From the NCBI GenBank assembly GCA_040753215.1, contig JBFMEZ010000025.1, positions 1 to 64,000 of the forward strand: 64,000 nucleotides of DNA, in the 5' to 3' direction. Under the pieces are notes generated by a model. That model ran no database searches. It was not told the origin of the DNA and saw only the letters and a program-made list of their open reading frames with translations. How positions within the stretch are numbered: the stretch's first letter is position 1; the number at the start of each line of letters is the position of its first letter. The translations under genes were made by a program, and so were the position numbers. This document shows, one piece after another, positions 25,831-36,761 of this stretch. Source of the DNA: Candidatus Micrarchaeota archaeon (GTDB lineage: Archaea > Micrarchaeota > Micrarchaeia > Anstonellales > Bilamarchaeaceae).

Positions 25831-27302
25831 TGGCCCAGCTGGAGGAATATGCGGTAAGGAGCGAGGAGATGGAGGGGAAGGTCACGGTGGCGCGCGGGCC
25901 GGAGGATTACGTGCCCAGGTACAGCCTGCAGGTGCAGAAGCTCTCCGGGCCTACGGCCGCATACCTGGAAGACGTCAAGAACGAGCTGCTCAAGAGGATT
26001 ACAATAGGGACGAGGGAGCTTACCGAGCTCAGCGCGCTCGAGGCGCTGAAGGCGGAGATAAAGAGGAATGCGGTGAAGCTGCTCAAAAGCGGCCTTCCGG
26101 GGGAGAGCGAGGATGATTACGCCTTCTTCGCATCGAAGATAGTGCAGGACATGGTGGGGCTGGGGGACCTGGAGTTCCTCATAGCTGACGACTGGCTGGA
26201 AGAGATATGCGTAAACAGGGCAGGGGAGCCGGTCTGGGTGTACCACAGGAAATACGGATGGCTGAAGAGCAACGTCATAATACCGGACGAGGCGCAGGTG
26301 AGGAACTACGCGGCCGCGATAGGGAGGAAGGTGGGCAGGCAGATAACGATACAGGACCCGCTGCTCGATGCGAACATGGTCACGGGGGACAGGGTGAACG
26401 CGACGCTCTCGCCGGTGTCCATGCTGGGGAACACCATCACAATAAGGAAATTCGCGAGGAAGCCATGGACGATTACGGACATGCTGAAGCTGAACACCCT
26501 TTCCTACGAATCCGCGGCCTTCCTCTGGCTGTGCATGGAATACGAAATCAACATCCTGGTGGGGGGCGGGACCGGAAGCGGGAAGACCTCCTTCCTCAAC
26601 GTGCTCACCGCGTTCATGCCCGCGAGCCACAGGCTGGTCAGCATAGAGCAGACGCACGAGATAAAGCCGCCGAAGCACCTCCAGTGGGTGCCGATGGTGG
26701 TGAGGGAGCCGACGAGCGAGGGGAAGGGGGAGGTCTCCATGCTGGACCTCATGATAAATGCGCTCAGGATGAGGCCGGACCGCATAATAGTGGGCGAGGT
26801 GAGGAGGGCGGACGAGGCGGAGGTGCTCTTCGAGGCGATGCACACCGGCCACAGCGTGTATTCCACGCTGCACGCGGAGACCGCGAGGGAGACCCTGAAG
26901 AGGCTCACGCACCCCCCGATAGACATCCCTCCGGTTGTGCTCGGCTCGCTGCAGCTGATAGCGGTCATGTACAGGGACAGGAGGGCGAACGTGAGGAGGT
27001 TGTTTGAGGTGGTGGAGCTCCTGCCGAGCGAGGAGAGGGAGCCGATGAGCAGGACGCTCTTCAGGTGGAAGCCGCTGAAGGACCAGGTGTTCAGGGAGGA
27101 GGCGAGCGTGCGCGTGCTGGAGACGCTGAAAACCTTCACAAGGATGGACGAGAAGGAGATAGGGAGGAGCATAGCGGAGAAGGAGGAGATGCTCAGGTGG
27201 ATGGTGAAGAAGGACGTAAACGCGGTGGACGCTGTCGGGAAGCTCGTGGCGGATTACTACATGGAGCCGGAAGCCGTGCTTGCAAAGGTGAGGAAGAAAT
27301 AG
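25830..27302 (+). CDS. type IV pilus assembly ATPase (TadA/CpaF/FlaI-like)
   Basis: GGTGSGKTS; ALRMRPDRIIVGEVR; HTGHSVYSTLHA. Confidence 0.95.
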   Translation: MAQLEEYAVRSEEMEGKVTVARGPEDYVPRYSLQVQKLSGPTAAYLEDVKNELLKRITIGTRELTELSALEALKAEIKRNAVKLLKSGLPGESEDDYAFFASKIVQDMVGLGDLEFLIADDWLEEICVNRAGEPVWVYHRKYGWLKSNVIIPDEAQVRNYAAAIGRKVGRQITIQDPLLDANMVTGDRVNATLSPVSMLGNTITIRKFARKPWTITDMLKLNTLSYESAAFLWLCMEYEINILVGGGTGSGKTSFLNVLTAFMPASHRLVSIEQTHEIKPPKHLQWVPMVVREPTSEGKGEVSMLDLMINALRMRPDRIIVGEVRRADEAEVLFEAMHTGHSVYSTLHAETARETLKRLTHPPIDIPPVVLGSLQLIAVMYRDRRANVRRLFEVVELLPSEEREPMSRTLFRWKPLKDQVFREEASVRVLETLKTFTRMDEKEIGRSIAEKEEMLRWMVKKDVNAVDAVGKLVADYYMEPEAVLAKVRKK

Positions 27303-27309
27303 GTGTCGT

Positions 27310-28194
27310 ATGGGCGCGAGGATTCCGTTCTTTGTCCCGGAAAAGGCCTCCTACCCGCTGGGGAGGCTGTTCGCGGGGGTTGTGCAGCCCTTCACGAGGC
27401 TGATGCCCGAGCTCGGGGAGAGCCTTCCGGTGCTGGGGATAGAGCACGACGAGGCGGAGTATACCGGGGCTGCGCTGGTGAACGCGCTGTTCGCGGGGGT
27501 TGTGCTCGGCGCCGCATTCTACATGGTCGCGGTGAGGGTGGGCGCCGCGGAGAGCATACGCGTGCACGGGAGCCTGATCACGGGGCTTGCAATCTTCCTC
27601 ATGAGCCTCGCATACCTCCTCGCGTTCCCGGTGTGGGTGGTGAGGAGGAGGGCGGACGAGATAGAGGAGAACCTCCTGTATGCGGTGAGGCACATCATGG
27701 TGCAGACGACCGCGGGGGTGCCCTTCTTCGAGGCGCTCTCCTCGGCCGCGTCCGGGTACGGCCCGGTTTCGGCGGAATTCAGGAACATCGTCAACCAGGT
27801 GAACGGCGGGAAGGACCTGGCGGATGCGCTTGAGGAGAGCGCGGCGAAGAGCGCCTCCAAATATTACAAGAGGATACTGTGGCACGTGGCGAATTCAACG
27901 AGGTCCGGATATAACATAGCGGACATAATGAAGGAGCTGGTGACCTACCTCGCATACGAGCAGCAGATAAGGGTGAAGAAATTCGGCTCCGAGCTCAACG
28001 TGATGTCCCTGTTCTACCTCTCCACCTGCGTGATACTGCCCACGATGGGGCTGATACTGGCCGTGATACTTTCCTCTTTCGCGGTCGTTTCGCTCAGCCC
28101 CACGCTGCTCGGGGTTTTTGTATTCGTGATAGCCATATTCAACCTGATGTTCCTGGGGATGGTGCAGTCGAGGAGGCCGAGGGGGCTCATATGA
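27310..28194 (+). CDS. T2SS-F / TadC-like membrane protein
   Basis: IEENLLYAVRH...YGPVSAEF; TM segments. Confidence 0.85.
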   Translation: MGARIPFFVPEKASYPLGRLFAGVVQPFTRLMPELGESLPVLGIEHDEAEYTGAALVNALFAGVVLGAAFYMVAVRVGAAESIRVHGSLITGLAIFLMSLAYLLAFPVWVVRRRADEIEENLLYAVRHIMVQTTAGVPFFEALSSAASGYGPVSAEFRNIVNQVNGGKDLADALEESAAKSASKYYKRILWHVANSTRSGYNIADIMKELVTYLAYEQQIRVKKFGSELNVMSLFYLSTCVILPTMGLILAVILSSFAVVSLSPTLLGVFVFVIAIFNLMFLGMVQSRRPRGLI

Positions 28195-29147
28195 ATCCTG
28201 TTAAAAGCTATGTGAATTACATACGGCAACTCCTGGCGTACTGCGACATCTCCGCATCGCCCAACAAGTTCGCCCTCTTCACGCTATGGTTCCCCTTCCT
28301 GACCGCGCTCATAATCTCGGTTTTCTTCCTCAGGGAGCAGGGGCACATCCTCTTCGCGGTGGGCGCCGCCGCATTCGTGGCGGCGGAGGCTGGGATATTC
28401 GGGTTCCTCATCCTCGCAAAGAACAGGAGGGCCGAGGCGGCGGAGGAGGCGATGCCGGACTTCCTGCTGCTCGCTTCAAACAACATAAGGAGCGGGATGA
28501 CCCCGGACAGGGCGCTGATAGCATCGGCGAAGGACGAGTTCGGGGTGCTGAGCAGGGAAGTCATGCGGGTGATGCGGGAGACGGTCTCCGGAAGGCCTTT
28601 TGAGGAGATGCTGATGAAGGTCACCGAGAGGATAGATTCGCGGACTATTGAGAACACCGTGAGGCTCGTTGTCGAGGGGATGTATTCGGGCGGGGAGCTC
28701 CCCTCTCTCCTTGAAAGGACCTCCTACGACATAAGGACGATGAAGACGCTCAGGAAGGACGTGCAGGCGCTCATAGTCACGTACCAGATGTTCATAGCGT
28801 CCGCCGTGATGTTCGGGGCGCCTATCCTCTTCGCGGTGGCAACGCACATAGTTGAGATAATGATCGCGCTGAGGGCAAAGATAACAATAAGCGGGCTTGC
28901 CGTGGCGGGGGGGCTGATACCGCTCGGCAGCGCGGCCGGAGTGAGCGCCGACACGCTCATGCTGTTTGCGGTGAGCGCGATATTCGTGAACTCCCTCTTC
29001 GCATCGGTTGCGATAGGGCTCATTTCAAAGGGAAGGAAGGTGGAGGGGCTGGGCTATTTCCCGCTCGTGTTCCTGGTCTCGCTGGCGTTCTTCTTCCTTG
29101 TGAGGCTCGTGCTCAAGAGCGCCCTCGGCGGCGTCCTGCCTGTATAA
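28191..29147 (+). CDS. T2SS-F / TadC-like membrane protein
   Basis: MPDFLLLASNNIRSGMTPDRAL...FGVLSRE. Confidence 0.88.
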   Translation: MNPVKSYVNYIRQLLAYCDISASPNKFALFTLWFPFLTALIISVFFLREQGHILFAVGAAAFVAAEAGIFGFLILAKNRRAEAAEEAMPDFLLLASNNIRSGMTPDRALIASAKDEFGVLSREVMRVMRETVSGRPFEEMLMKVTERIDSRTIENTVRLVVEGMYSGGELPSLLERTSYDIRTMKTLRKDVQALIVTYQMFIASAVMFGAPILFAVATHIVEIMIALRAKITISGLAVAGGLIPLGSAAGVSADTLMLFAVSAIFVNSLFASVAIGLISKGRKVEGLGYFPLVFLVSLAFFFLVRLVLKSALGGVLPV

Positions 29148-29780
29148 CTAGGGCAATGCCTCTACTTCCAGCATGGAGCCGTATTTAAGCCTGAGCTCGC
29201 CCATCAGGAAGACGGGGGCTATCACCTCTATTATGGAAAGCCCGTGCTGGGAGCGCCTGGGGAATATGACGGCCCCGTCTATGCTCCCTATCCTGCACCT
29301 GTAGGCGTCTATGGGCCCGTATGAGCGGCCGTTGCGCACGAAGCCGGATATCCTTATGGGCCTCCGGGAGCGCAGTTCCACGCGTTTTTCTATAAAGTCC
29401 GGTAGAAGCTCTAGATTGAGCGTCCCTGCGTAGGGCAGAAAGCCCAGCTTTTTCTCCATCCTCCTCCTGTAGCCGGGAAGCGACATGTAGTGGCCGCCCT
29501 CCCCGAGGCCCCTGGCGACCTTTCCCCTGAGGATGATGTGCCTGGATTCGAGCGCCTCCCTGAGCTGGGCGTATGCCTTTCTCAGCACCGCCTCCCCTTT
29601 TTTGGATATCCTTGCCTGCCCGCCGCTGCGCTCGGCCAGCCCCGCATGCACGAGGGCTCGGAGGCGCACGGATGCGTTCTGCTGGCTCATGCCGAGCGTC
29701 CTCCCAAGCTCGGTGGTCGTTAGGCGGACCGGGGCGCGGAGCGCGCCCTTTTTTGCGAGGAGAAGGAGAAGTTCGTCCAT
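29148..29780 (-). CDS. CTP-dependent riboflavin kinase with N-terminal HTH
   Basis: LGMSQQNAS HTH; GLGEGGHYM, PYAGTLN, EVIAP. Confidence 0.9.
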   Translation of the reverse strand: MDELLLLLAKKGALRAPVRLTTTELGRTLGMSQQNASVRLRALVHAGLAERSGGQARISKKGEAVLRKAYAQLREALESRHIILRGKVARGLGEGGHYMSLPGYRRRMEKKLGFLPYAGTLNLELLPDFIEKRVELRSRRPIRISGFVRNGRSYGPIDAYRCRIGSIDGAVIFPRRSQHGLSIIEVIAPVFLMGELRLKYGSMLEVEALP

Positions 29781-29826
29781 ATATATTCGGTTGGCACGGG
29801 AAATATTTTTAAATGGAGGAGGGATA

Positions 29827-30564
29827 ATGCAGAGCATGTTCGAATCGGTAGGCGAGGCGCTGGAGCATTTCTCAAGGGACCCCGTCGCATTCATGGTGCC
29901 TACAATCCTCTATCCCGTTTTCATGCTCATAACCCTGGGCGCGGCGATTGGTGTGCTGTTCATACTCTTCCTCGTGCTCACGCTGGCCGGTGCGGGGGGC
30001 ACCATCATGACCTACGTGCTGGGCGCGGTGGGCGCGTTCCTCGCCCTGGCATACCTGATACTGGCTGCGGGCTACAAGGGGGCGATGGTAAGCGAATACA
30101 ACAACGCAACGGAGAAGAGGGAGGTCGGGCTCGTCCACTACATGAATTACGCGTTCTCGAACGCGGGCGGGCTCTTCGTGATTTCCCTGGTGAAGCTGGC
30201 GATAACCGGGTTCGTGGTGATGCCGTTCGTGCTGCTGTATTACTTCCTGCTCGTGGACCTGTGGGAAGGGTGGACCTACATCTTCGGGCTTGCTGCGCTG
30301 TTCCTCGTTTTTGCGATAGAGTTCCTTTTTTCCTTTTCCTTCACGGCGTATGCGGTCAGGAAGGTGTCGCCGATAACCGCGATGATGATATCCTTCAATT
30401 TCATAAAGGAGAAGAATGTGAAGGCGTTCCTCATCTACGGCTTCTATGCCGCCGTGGCGCTCAGCGTATGGATACCCATCCTCAACATAATAACGTACCT
30501 GGTGTTCTACCCGATCGCATACGCCTCACTTATCCTTTTCTTTAAGCGCGGCAGCAGCGGATAG
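29827..30564 (+). CDS. multi-pass membrane protein
   Basis: GGAGGAGG RBS; several TM segments. Confidence 0.8.
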   Translation: MQSMFESVGEALEHFSRDPVAFMVPTILYPVFMLITLGAAIGVLFILFLVLTLAGAGGTIMTYVLGAVGAFLALAYLILAAGYKGAMVSEYNNATEKREVGLVHYMNYAFSNAGGLFVISLVKLAITGFVVMPFVLLYYFLLVDLWEGWTYIFGLAALFLVFAIEFLFSFSFTAYAVRKVSPITAMMISFNFIKEKNVKAFLIYGFYAAVALSVWIPILNIITYLVFYPIAYASLILFFKRGSSG

Positions 30565-31461
30565 CGCACGGCCAGCCATCACGGCGGCTATTGTGCCGTC
30601 GGAAACCGCGGTGGATATCTGGCGCACGTAGGAGGCGCGCACATCGCCGGCCGCATAAACGAGCGGGACGCTCGTCTCCATCTTTTCATCCGTTATTATG
30701 TAGCCGGCCGCATCCGTTTTCAGCGCCCCCCCGAGGAAATCCGTGTTCGGCATGAGGCCTATGTAGAAGAAGACGCCGTCCACCCTCAGCCCGGATTCCT
30801 TTCCGGTCCTGTTGTTTTTCAGCGTGAGGCTTTCCACCCTCCCCTTCCCGTTGACCGAGACCACTTCGGTGTCCAGGAGGAACTCCATCTTCGGGTTTTT
30901 CATTGCGCGGTCCAGTATCGCCTTCTCCGCGCGGAACTGCCCGCGCCTGTGTATAAGCGTGACTTTCGACGCGAATTTCGTGAGGTAATTGCCCTCGTCA
31001 ACCGCTGAATTGCCGCCCCCGACGACCGCGACGCGCTTCCCCTGGAAAAAGGGCGCGTCGCAGGTGGCGCAGTAGCTCACGCCCCTCCCCTTCAGCCCGC
31101 TTTCCCCCGGCACGCCGAGCTTCTTTTCGCGGGCGCCGGTTGCGATTATTATCGCCTTCGCGGCGATTTCACCTTTTGAAGTGCTTATTGCCTTTCTGGC
31201 GAGGTCTATGCCGCGCACCTCGGTGGCCTCCTTCAGCTTCGCCCCGAAAGAGAGGGCGTGCTCCGAGAACCTTGCCGAGAGCGCCGGGCCGGAGATGCTT
31301 TTCTCGCCCAGCCAGTTTTCGACCAGGAGCGTTGTGGCTATCTGGCCTCCCGGCTGGCCGCGCTCCAGCACGCAGGTGGAGAGCCCCTCGCGGGAGGCGT
31401 AGAGGGCTGCGGCGAGGCCCGCGGGGCCTCCGCCTATTATTACAACGTCGTATTTTTCCAC
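30526..31461 (-). CDS. trxB: thioredoxin reductase
   Basis: GGGPAG, CATCD, GGGNSA, AAGDV. Confidence 0.95.
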   Translation of the reverse strand: MEKYDVVIIGGGPAGLAAALYASREGLSTCVLERGQPGGQIATTLLVENWLGEKSISGPALSARFSEHALSFGAKLKEATEVRGIDLARKAISTSKGEIAAKAIIIATGAREKKLGVPGESGLKGRGVSYCATCDAPFFQGKRVAVVGGGNSAVDEGNYLTKFASKVTLIHRRGQFRAEKAILDRAMKNPKMEFLLDTEVVSVNGKGRVESLTLKNNRTGKESGLRVDGVFFYIGLMPNTDFLGGALKTDAAGYIITDEKMETSVPLVYAAGDVRASYVRQISTAVSDGTIAAVMAGRALSAAAALKEKDK

Positions 31462-31470
31462 AGGAACACC

Positions 31471-32268
31471 TCATATGGGGACGCGCTTTCCGGACGCATC
31501 CCTCCCGTATTTCCCGAATTCGGCTATCTTTTCCGCCAGTTCTTTTTTAATTACCGGGCCTTCGGTGCACATCCTTATCCCGAGGGGGTCCACCGAGCAC
31601 TGGCCGCAGATGCCTATGCCGCACTTCATGTATCTCTCAAGGCTCAGCTCGCAGGGGATGCGGAACCCGTCCGAAATATCCACGACCTTCTTCATCATTA
31701 TTTCCGGGCCGCAGGTGTATATCTTTCCTATCTTCTCCTTCCGGAGGAGAATCTGAAGGATGTCGGTGGCAAAGCCCCTTGCGCCGCGCGAGCCGTCGGC
31801 CGTGGATATCATGACTTCGGCCCCCGCCTTCTTCATCCTTCCCAGGAAGAAGAGATAGCCCTTCGAGCGCACGCCCTCAAGGAAGAACACCCTCTTCTTT
31901 TTCTTCAGCGCCTCGTCCGCGAGGAAGGCGAGCGGCGCGCAGCCGCACCCTCCGGAGACAAGGGCGATTGTTTTTTCCCTGCCCAGGGAGAAGGAAGTGC
32001 CGAAGGGGCCGCGGAAGCCGAGGACGTCCCCTTCCCGCACTTTCATCACGGCGCCGGAGAAATGGCCTGCGCTGGCTATGCTCAGGCCGAACCTTTCTTC
32101 ATCGCGATAGGAGATGCTGATGGGCTTCTCTCCGGTTCCGGGGAGCCAGAGCATAACGAACTGGCCTGGCTTCGCATCCAGCGCATAATCGAAATAGAGG
32201 GTTTTGACATAGGGGTTCTCCTGCACCGCGCGGGAAACCTTCATCGAAACCATCGGCTCATTTCTCAT
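31471..32268 (-). CDS. pyrK: dihydroorotate dehydrogenase electron transfer subunit
   Basis: KPGQF, GPFG, CGPE, MKCGIGICGQC...CTEGPV. Confidence 0.93.
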   Translation of the reverse strand: MRNEPMVSMKVSRAVQENPYVKTLYFDYALDAKPGQFVMLWLPGTGEKPISISYRDEERFGLSIASAGHFSGAVMKVREGDVLGFRGPFGTSFSLGREKTIALVSGGCGCAPLAFLADEALKKKKRVFFLEGVRSKGYLFFLGRMKKAGAEVMISTADGSRGARGFATDILQILLRKEKIGKIYTCGPEIMMKKVVDISDGFRIPCELSLERYMKCGIGICGQCSVDPLGIRMCTEGPVIKKELAEKIAEFGKYGRDASGKRVPI

Positions 32269-33172
32269 GCGCAATACCCCGCATCTCCTTTATGGAGGAG
32301 AAACCTTCCTTCTGCATGAATTCCCCTATTTCCGCGCAAACCTTCCTGAAGATGCCCATCCCGCGGTAGTATACGCCGCTCCCGATGCCCACCGCTGAGG
32401 CGCCGGCCATTATGAATTCTATGGCATCCGCGCCTGTTGTTGCCCCGCCCGTTCCGATGATGGGGAGCTTCGTTTCCCTGTAAATGTCATAGACGCATCT
32501 CACCGCTATGGGCTTTATCGCCGGGCCGGAAACCCCGCCGCACTTGTTGGAGAGGACGGGGCGCCTCGCAACGATGTCTATCTGCATCCCGGGGCCTGCG
32601 GTGTTGATTGCGGTTATGCCGTCCGCGCCTGCCGATTTTGCTGCGCGGGCGACTTCAACCAGGTCAGGGGTGTTCGGGGAGAGCTTTACGAATACTGGGA
32701 TTTTTGTATTCCTCTTTGCGGCGCGGGTTGCCCATTCCGCGGCAGCAGGGTCGTGGGAGAATGGCTTCCCGAACTCGTCATTCACATTCGGGCAGGATAG
32801 GTTTATTTCTATGAGGGCGGGATTCGCCCTGCTTATCTCTTTGGCGAGGGGGCCGAAATTCTCCGCCTTGAATTCTACAAGCGAGGCGATTACGGGGACG
32901 CCCGCATTCTTTACGGCGTATTCTATTTCAGGAAGGGAGTCCTTTATGCCCGCGTTGGAAAGGCCAACCGCATTGAGCATCCCCTGTCCGTAAGTAAGGA
33001 TTACCGGGTTGGGATGGCCTTTTCTCGGCTCAAGGGAGATGGATTTGGAAGTGACTGCGCCCGCACCGTTCTTTGCGATTAGGGAAAGGGATGCGCCTGA
33101 GACGCCCATTATTCCTGAAGCGAGGATTGTGGGGTTGGCCAGCTTTACCCCTGCAAGTTCGGTCTCCAGCAT
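32258..33172 (-). CDS. pyrD: dihydroorotate dehydrogenase (class 1B)
   Basis: NAVGLSN, EINLSCPNV, KLSPN, GGVSGPAIKP. Confidence 0.95.
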   Translation of the reverse strand: MLETELAGVKLANPTILASGIMGVSGASLSLIAKNGAGAVTSKSISLEPRKGHPNPVILTYGQGMLNAVGLSNAGIKDSLPEIEYAVKNAGVPVIASLVEFKAENFGPLAKEISRANPALIEINLSCPNVNDEFGKPFSHDPAAAEWATRAAKRNTKIPVFVKLSPNTPDLVEVARAAKSAGADGITAINTAGPGMQIDIVARRPVLSNKCGGVSGPAIKPIAVRCVYDIYRETKLPIIGTGGATTGADAIEFIMAGASAVGIGSGVYYRGMGIFRKVCAEIGEFMQKEGFSSIKEMRGIAHEK

Positions 33173-33253
33173 CAGAAATAATAGGTGGGAATTGTTTATA
33201 TGGATTTGGGAAGGATGAAAATATAGAAGAAAAGCAAAAAAGAAAAATTAGGA

Positions 33254-33288
33254 CGAAACTGGAAACCCAAAACGGGAAACTGGAAACT
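33254..33288 (+). repeat. Heptamer array (5 units) abutting the thermosome stop codon
   Basis: cgaaact ggaaacc caaaacg ggaaact ggaaact. Confidence 0.85.
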
Positions 33289-34940
33289 CAGTACTCGCCC
33301 TCGCCCATCCCGCCTGGGCCTCCTGGAGGCATCGGCGGGCCCTTCGCGCCGCCCTTCGCCGCGATTATGTCGTCTATGCGGAGGATGAGCCGCGCGGTCT
33401 CCGTGGCGGAGCTGAGCGCCTGCTTCTTCACGCGCAGCGGCTCGAGCACGCCGAGTTCCTCCATGTTGTCTATTTTGCCTTTGAGCACCGCAACGCCCGA
33501 GGTCGTCTCCTTGCCGCCCTTGTGCTTGTTCCTGAGGGCGACGAGGGTGTCGATCGCATCCATCCCCGCATTCTCGGAAAGGGCCTTCGGGATGGACTCC
33601 AGGGATTCCGCGAACGCCTGGATTGCGAGCTGCTCCCTTCCCCCGATTTCAACAGCGTAGGACTGAAGGGCAGCGGAAAGGGCCATCTCCGTGCTCCCGC
33701 CGCCGGTAACGTAGGAGCCGTCCTCAATAGTCGCGCCCACCGCGCCGATTGCGTCCTTTATCGCGCGCTCCACCTCGCTCACGACGTGGTCGGTCCCTCC
33801 GCGGAGGAATACGGAGACGGACTTCGGATGCCTGCACTGCTTTGCGAACACCATCGCCTCGCCCGCAATCTTCTTCTCCTCCACGACGCCCGCCTCGCCG
33901 AGGTCTGCCTTGGAAAGGTCCTCGAGGGAGGAGGCGATCTTCGCGCCCGTTGCGCGCGAGAGCTTCTCCATGTCGCTCTTCTTCACGCGCCGAACAGCGG
34001 CGACGCCGTCCTTCGCGAGGTAGTGCTGGGCGAGGTCGTCTATCCCCTTCTGGCAGAAGACCACGGTGGCTCCGGTCGCCTTTATCTTCGCGACCATCTC
34101 CTTCAGCATCTTCTCCTCCTGCTTCAGGAAGGCCTCCATCTGCTCGGGGGAGGTGATTTCTATCTTCGCATCGGTCTCCGTCTTCTCTATCTCCAGCGCG
34201 GTGTCGAGAAGCGCTATCCTGGCGTCCTTAACCAGCTTGGGCATGCCAGCGTGGACAATCTCCTTGTCCACGACCACGCCCTGTATGAGCTCGCTGTCCA
34301 TCACTTCCCCGCCGGCCTTCTTCTCTATCTTGACGAGGTCGCCGTCCACCACGTACTGGCCGTTCTTCTCCTCCGCGACCTGCTTTATCGCGGAAACGAT
34401 GAGGGAGGAGAGCTTCTTCTTCTCCTCTTCGCTCCCTATCCCCTTGGAGCCCATCGCGATTAGCGCTATCCTGGTGAGGATTTCCTCGTCCTCAGGTGTT
34501 ACCTTCCTGCCAAACTTCCTCAGCAGCTCCTCTGCCCTGCGTGCGGCGAGCTCGTACCCCTTTATTATCGTGGTGGGGTGGACGTTCTGGTCCAGGAGGT
34601 CGCCCGCCTGCTTCAGGAGGTTCCCCGCGAGCACGACCGAGGTCGTGGTGCCGTCGCCCACCTCCTTGTCCTGCGTCTTCGCAATCTCCACCATCAGCTT
34701 CGCGGCCGGGTGGTCAACGTTCATCTCCTCGAGGATGGTCGCCCCATCGTTCGTAATCACGATGTCGCCCAGCTCGCTCACGAGCATCTTGTCCATCCCC
34801 TTCGGGCCGAGCGTGGTCTTTATTATGTTCGCCACCGCGTAGCCGATTGCGATGTTCACGCGCATCGCGTCGCGGCCGAGCACACGGGTGCTGCCCTCGC
34901 GCATCACATATCCGCCTTCTCCTCCTACTTCCCTGGCCAT
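33288..34940 (-). CDS. ths: thermosome (group II chaperonin) subunit
   Basis: TLGPKGMDKM, TNDGATIL, GDGTTT, ILRIDDII. Confidence 0.97.
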   Translation of the reverse strand: MAREVGGEGGYVMREGSTRVLGRDAMRVNIAIGYAVANIIKTTLGPKGMDKMLVSELGDIVITNDGATILEEMNVDHPAAKLMVEIAKTQDKEVGDGTTTSVVLAGNLLKQAGDLLDQNVHPTTIIKGYELAARRAEELLRKFGRKVTPEDEEILTRIALIAMGSKGIGSEEEKKKLSSLIVSAIKQVAEEKNGQYVVDGDLVKIEKKAGGEVMDSELIQGVVVDKEIVHAGMPKLVKDARIALLDTALEIEKTETDAKIEITSPEQMEAFLKQEEKMLKEMVAKIKATGATVVFCQKGIDDLAQHYLAKDGVAAVRRVKKSDMEKLSRATGAKIASSLEDLSKADLGEAGVVEEKKIAGEAMVFAKQCRHPKSVSVFLRGGTDHVVSEVERAIKDAIGAVGATIEDGSYVTGGGSTEMALSAALQSYAVEIGGREQLAIQAFAESLESIPKALSENAGMDAIDTLVALRNKHKGGKETTSGVAVLKGKIDNMEELGVLEPLRVKKQALSSATETARLILRIDDIIAAKGGAKGPPMPPGGPGGMGEGEY

Positions 34941-35017
34941 AGTTTTCACCTTTTTTCAAATCCCAAGAGCATTTACTCTGAAGAAATTGTGAGTAAAATA
35001 GATGTGAAGAAAAAAAT

Positions 35018-35752
35018 TTAAATGGGTGGGTTGGCTACCTCGAAGCCGACCTCCCTTGCGGTCTGGCCGAGAAGCCAGGGCGGCCACCTCACGTTCACTG
35101 TGGCTCCGCTCATGTCAATCACCGCGGTTACCCTGCGGGTCGCGGCGTCCTCCTCCGAGTAGACCCTCTTTGCACCGGCGTAGGCCCGGCCCGGAACATA
35201 ATCCTCCGGCGGCTGGAGCGCATGGTTTGCGTTGTAGGCCTCGAACACCAGGCTGGAAAAATCGCGCTGCTGGTCCGTGAAACCCTCGCTGATGAGGTTA
35301 CCTTCATCATCCCTCTGAGGGCCAAGTGTAAATGATATTGACGAACTTCCCGTACCAGTCTTAACCCGGTTTATTGCCTGCTCCATAATCGCGCCCAACG
35401 AATCCTCGGTCTCGCGCCTCATCCCCCTTGCCCATTCCACAACCCCGCCGACGTCTATGCGGAAGCTCTCCTCTTCCGGGCTTCCCGCCGCAGGGAAGGA
35501 TTCCTCGGGGATTCCATAGCTTATTACGTCCCTGTATATCCTGCCTATTATTTCGGACCTCGCTTCCGGAGTGGTGGCGGCATCAAGCTCGCGGTTGTAT
35601 GCTTCCGCACGCTGCTGCGCAAGCTCCACCGCCTCATCGAACGAAGAGCTTACCGCCCTGGAAACGGCATGGTCAGTTATCCTTACCTCGGCCGCTTCTG
35701 TGGGCGCTTCCTTTGCCTTTACCTGTCCTCTTGCCATGTTCGCACCAGCCAT
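35018..35752 (-). CDS. hypothetical protein
   Basis: 244-aa ORF; no motif recognised. Confidence 0.7.
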   Translation of the reverse strand: MAGANMARGQVKAKEAPTEAAEVRITDHAVSRAVSSSFDEAVELAQQRAEAYNRELDAATTPEARSEIIGRIYRDVISYGIPEESFPAAGSPEEESFRIDVGGVVEWARGMRRETEDSLGAIMEQAINRVKTGTGSSSISFTLGPQRDDEGNLISEGFTDQQRDFSSLVFEAYNANHALQPPEDYVPGRAYAGAKRVYSEEDAATRRVTAVIDMSGATVNVRWPPWLLGQTAREVGFEVANPPI

Positions 35753-35776
35753 ATCTGTTTATGAGTGAATATAAAC

Positions 35777-36730
35777 CTAATCTTCCGGAAGCTGAATCAG
35801 CCCAAGGCTGCTGAAATCGCCCGGCTCGGTCTCAGATGCGAGGAAGCGCCTGCCTCCGGTTATGATTATCGTCTCCATGCCCCTCCGCACCACGGTAAGC
35901 GGCGATTCGACTCCCGGGAGCTCCCGCTCCTGCGTAAGTATTGATTCTGTTCCGAAATCTGCCTTAAGGAAAGTGACTGCGTCCTCTCCGGGCTGGAAGT
36001 GCAGTGCCATGCCGTTTGTGAGCCCGACAAGCACCGCATTCCCGGAGGCGGGCAGCCAGGCCGTGGCGACCGGGGGGTTCATCCGGTCCGTCCTCCTTGC
36101 GCGCACATATCCGTTCCTGTTGATGAAATATAGAATGCCTTCCGTTCCGTCCGCATCCTTTACAACTGCCGAAGAAAGAAGGTTGCCGTTCCGGCAATCT
36201 TCAGGAAGCTGGAATTCCACCGAAGTGCTCGTCCTGAATCCACCATCCATCTTCAGAAGAAACTCCCCGCGGAATGTGGCATCATAGCCTATTGTTATTA
36301 TTACGGAATTTTCAAACACGAGCACGGTCCTTTCTGCGCCGGGGAACTCCTGCAGCAGGGAGCCCATCCCGTCGTGTAGCGGGACTATCGGCCCTGCGGA
36401 GCGGCCCGAGCGGTCTTCGTAATCGATAACGAGCAGCCTCTGGCCGTCTTCGTTTCTCGTGTATCTTATGGAAGTATCCACCGGGCCCTGCGACGGGCCA
36501 AGGCTTATTCCGGTTACGGGCGCCTCCGGCTTGTCCGTATCCGCGGTACGTGGCGGCTTGGATGGGGCGCTTACGCCGCGCGCCTCTGAAATGCCGGGAC
36601 GTGCCAGCTCAAGCGCCGCAAGGGCGGCCGCAGCTGCGAACCTCCCCTGTTTCCTGAACGGCTTCCTCGGAGGGACGTATTTCGGGTCTTTTGCCTTCTC
36701 GGGTTTGCGCTCTTCGGGCCGCCTTTTCAT
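35777..36730 (-). CDS. hypothetical protein, possibly exported
   Basis: Basic N-terminus followed by an Ala-rich hydrophobic stretch. Confidence 0.7.
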   Translation of the reverse strand: MKRRPEERKPEKAKDPKYVPPRKPFRKQGRFAAAAALAALELARPGISEARGVSAPSKPPRTADTDKPEAPVTGISLGPSQGPVDTSIRYTRNEDGQRLLVIDYEDRSGRSAGPIVPLHDGMGSLLQEFPGAERTVLVFENSVIITIGYDATFRGEFLLKMDGGFRTSTSVEFQLPEDCRNGNLLSSAVVKDADGTEGILYFINRNGYVRARRTDRMNPPVATAWLPASGNAVLVGLTNGMALHFQPGEDAVTFLKADFGTESILTQERELPGVESPLTVVRRGMETIIITGGRRFLASETEPGDFSSLGLIQLPED

Positions 36731-36761
36731 AGAGTTATACGCATTAAAACAGTTTAAATAA

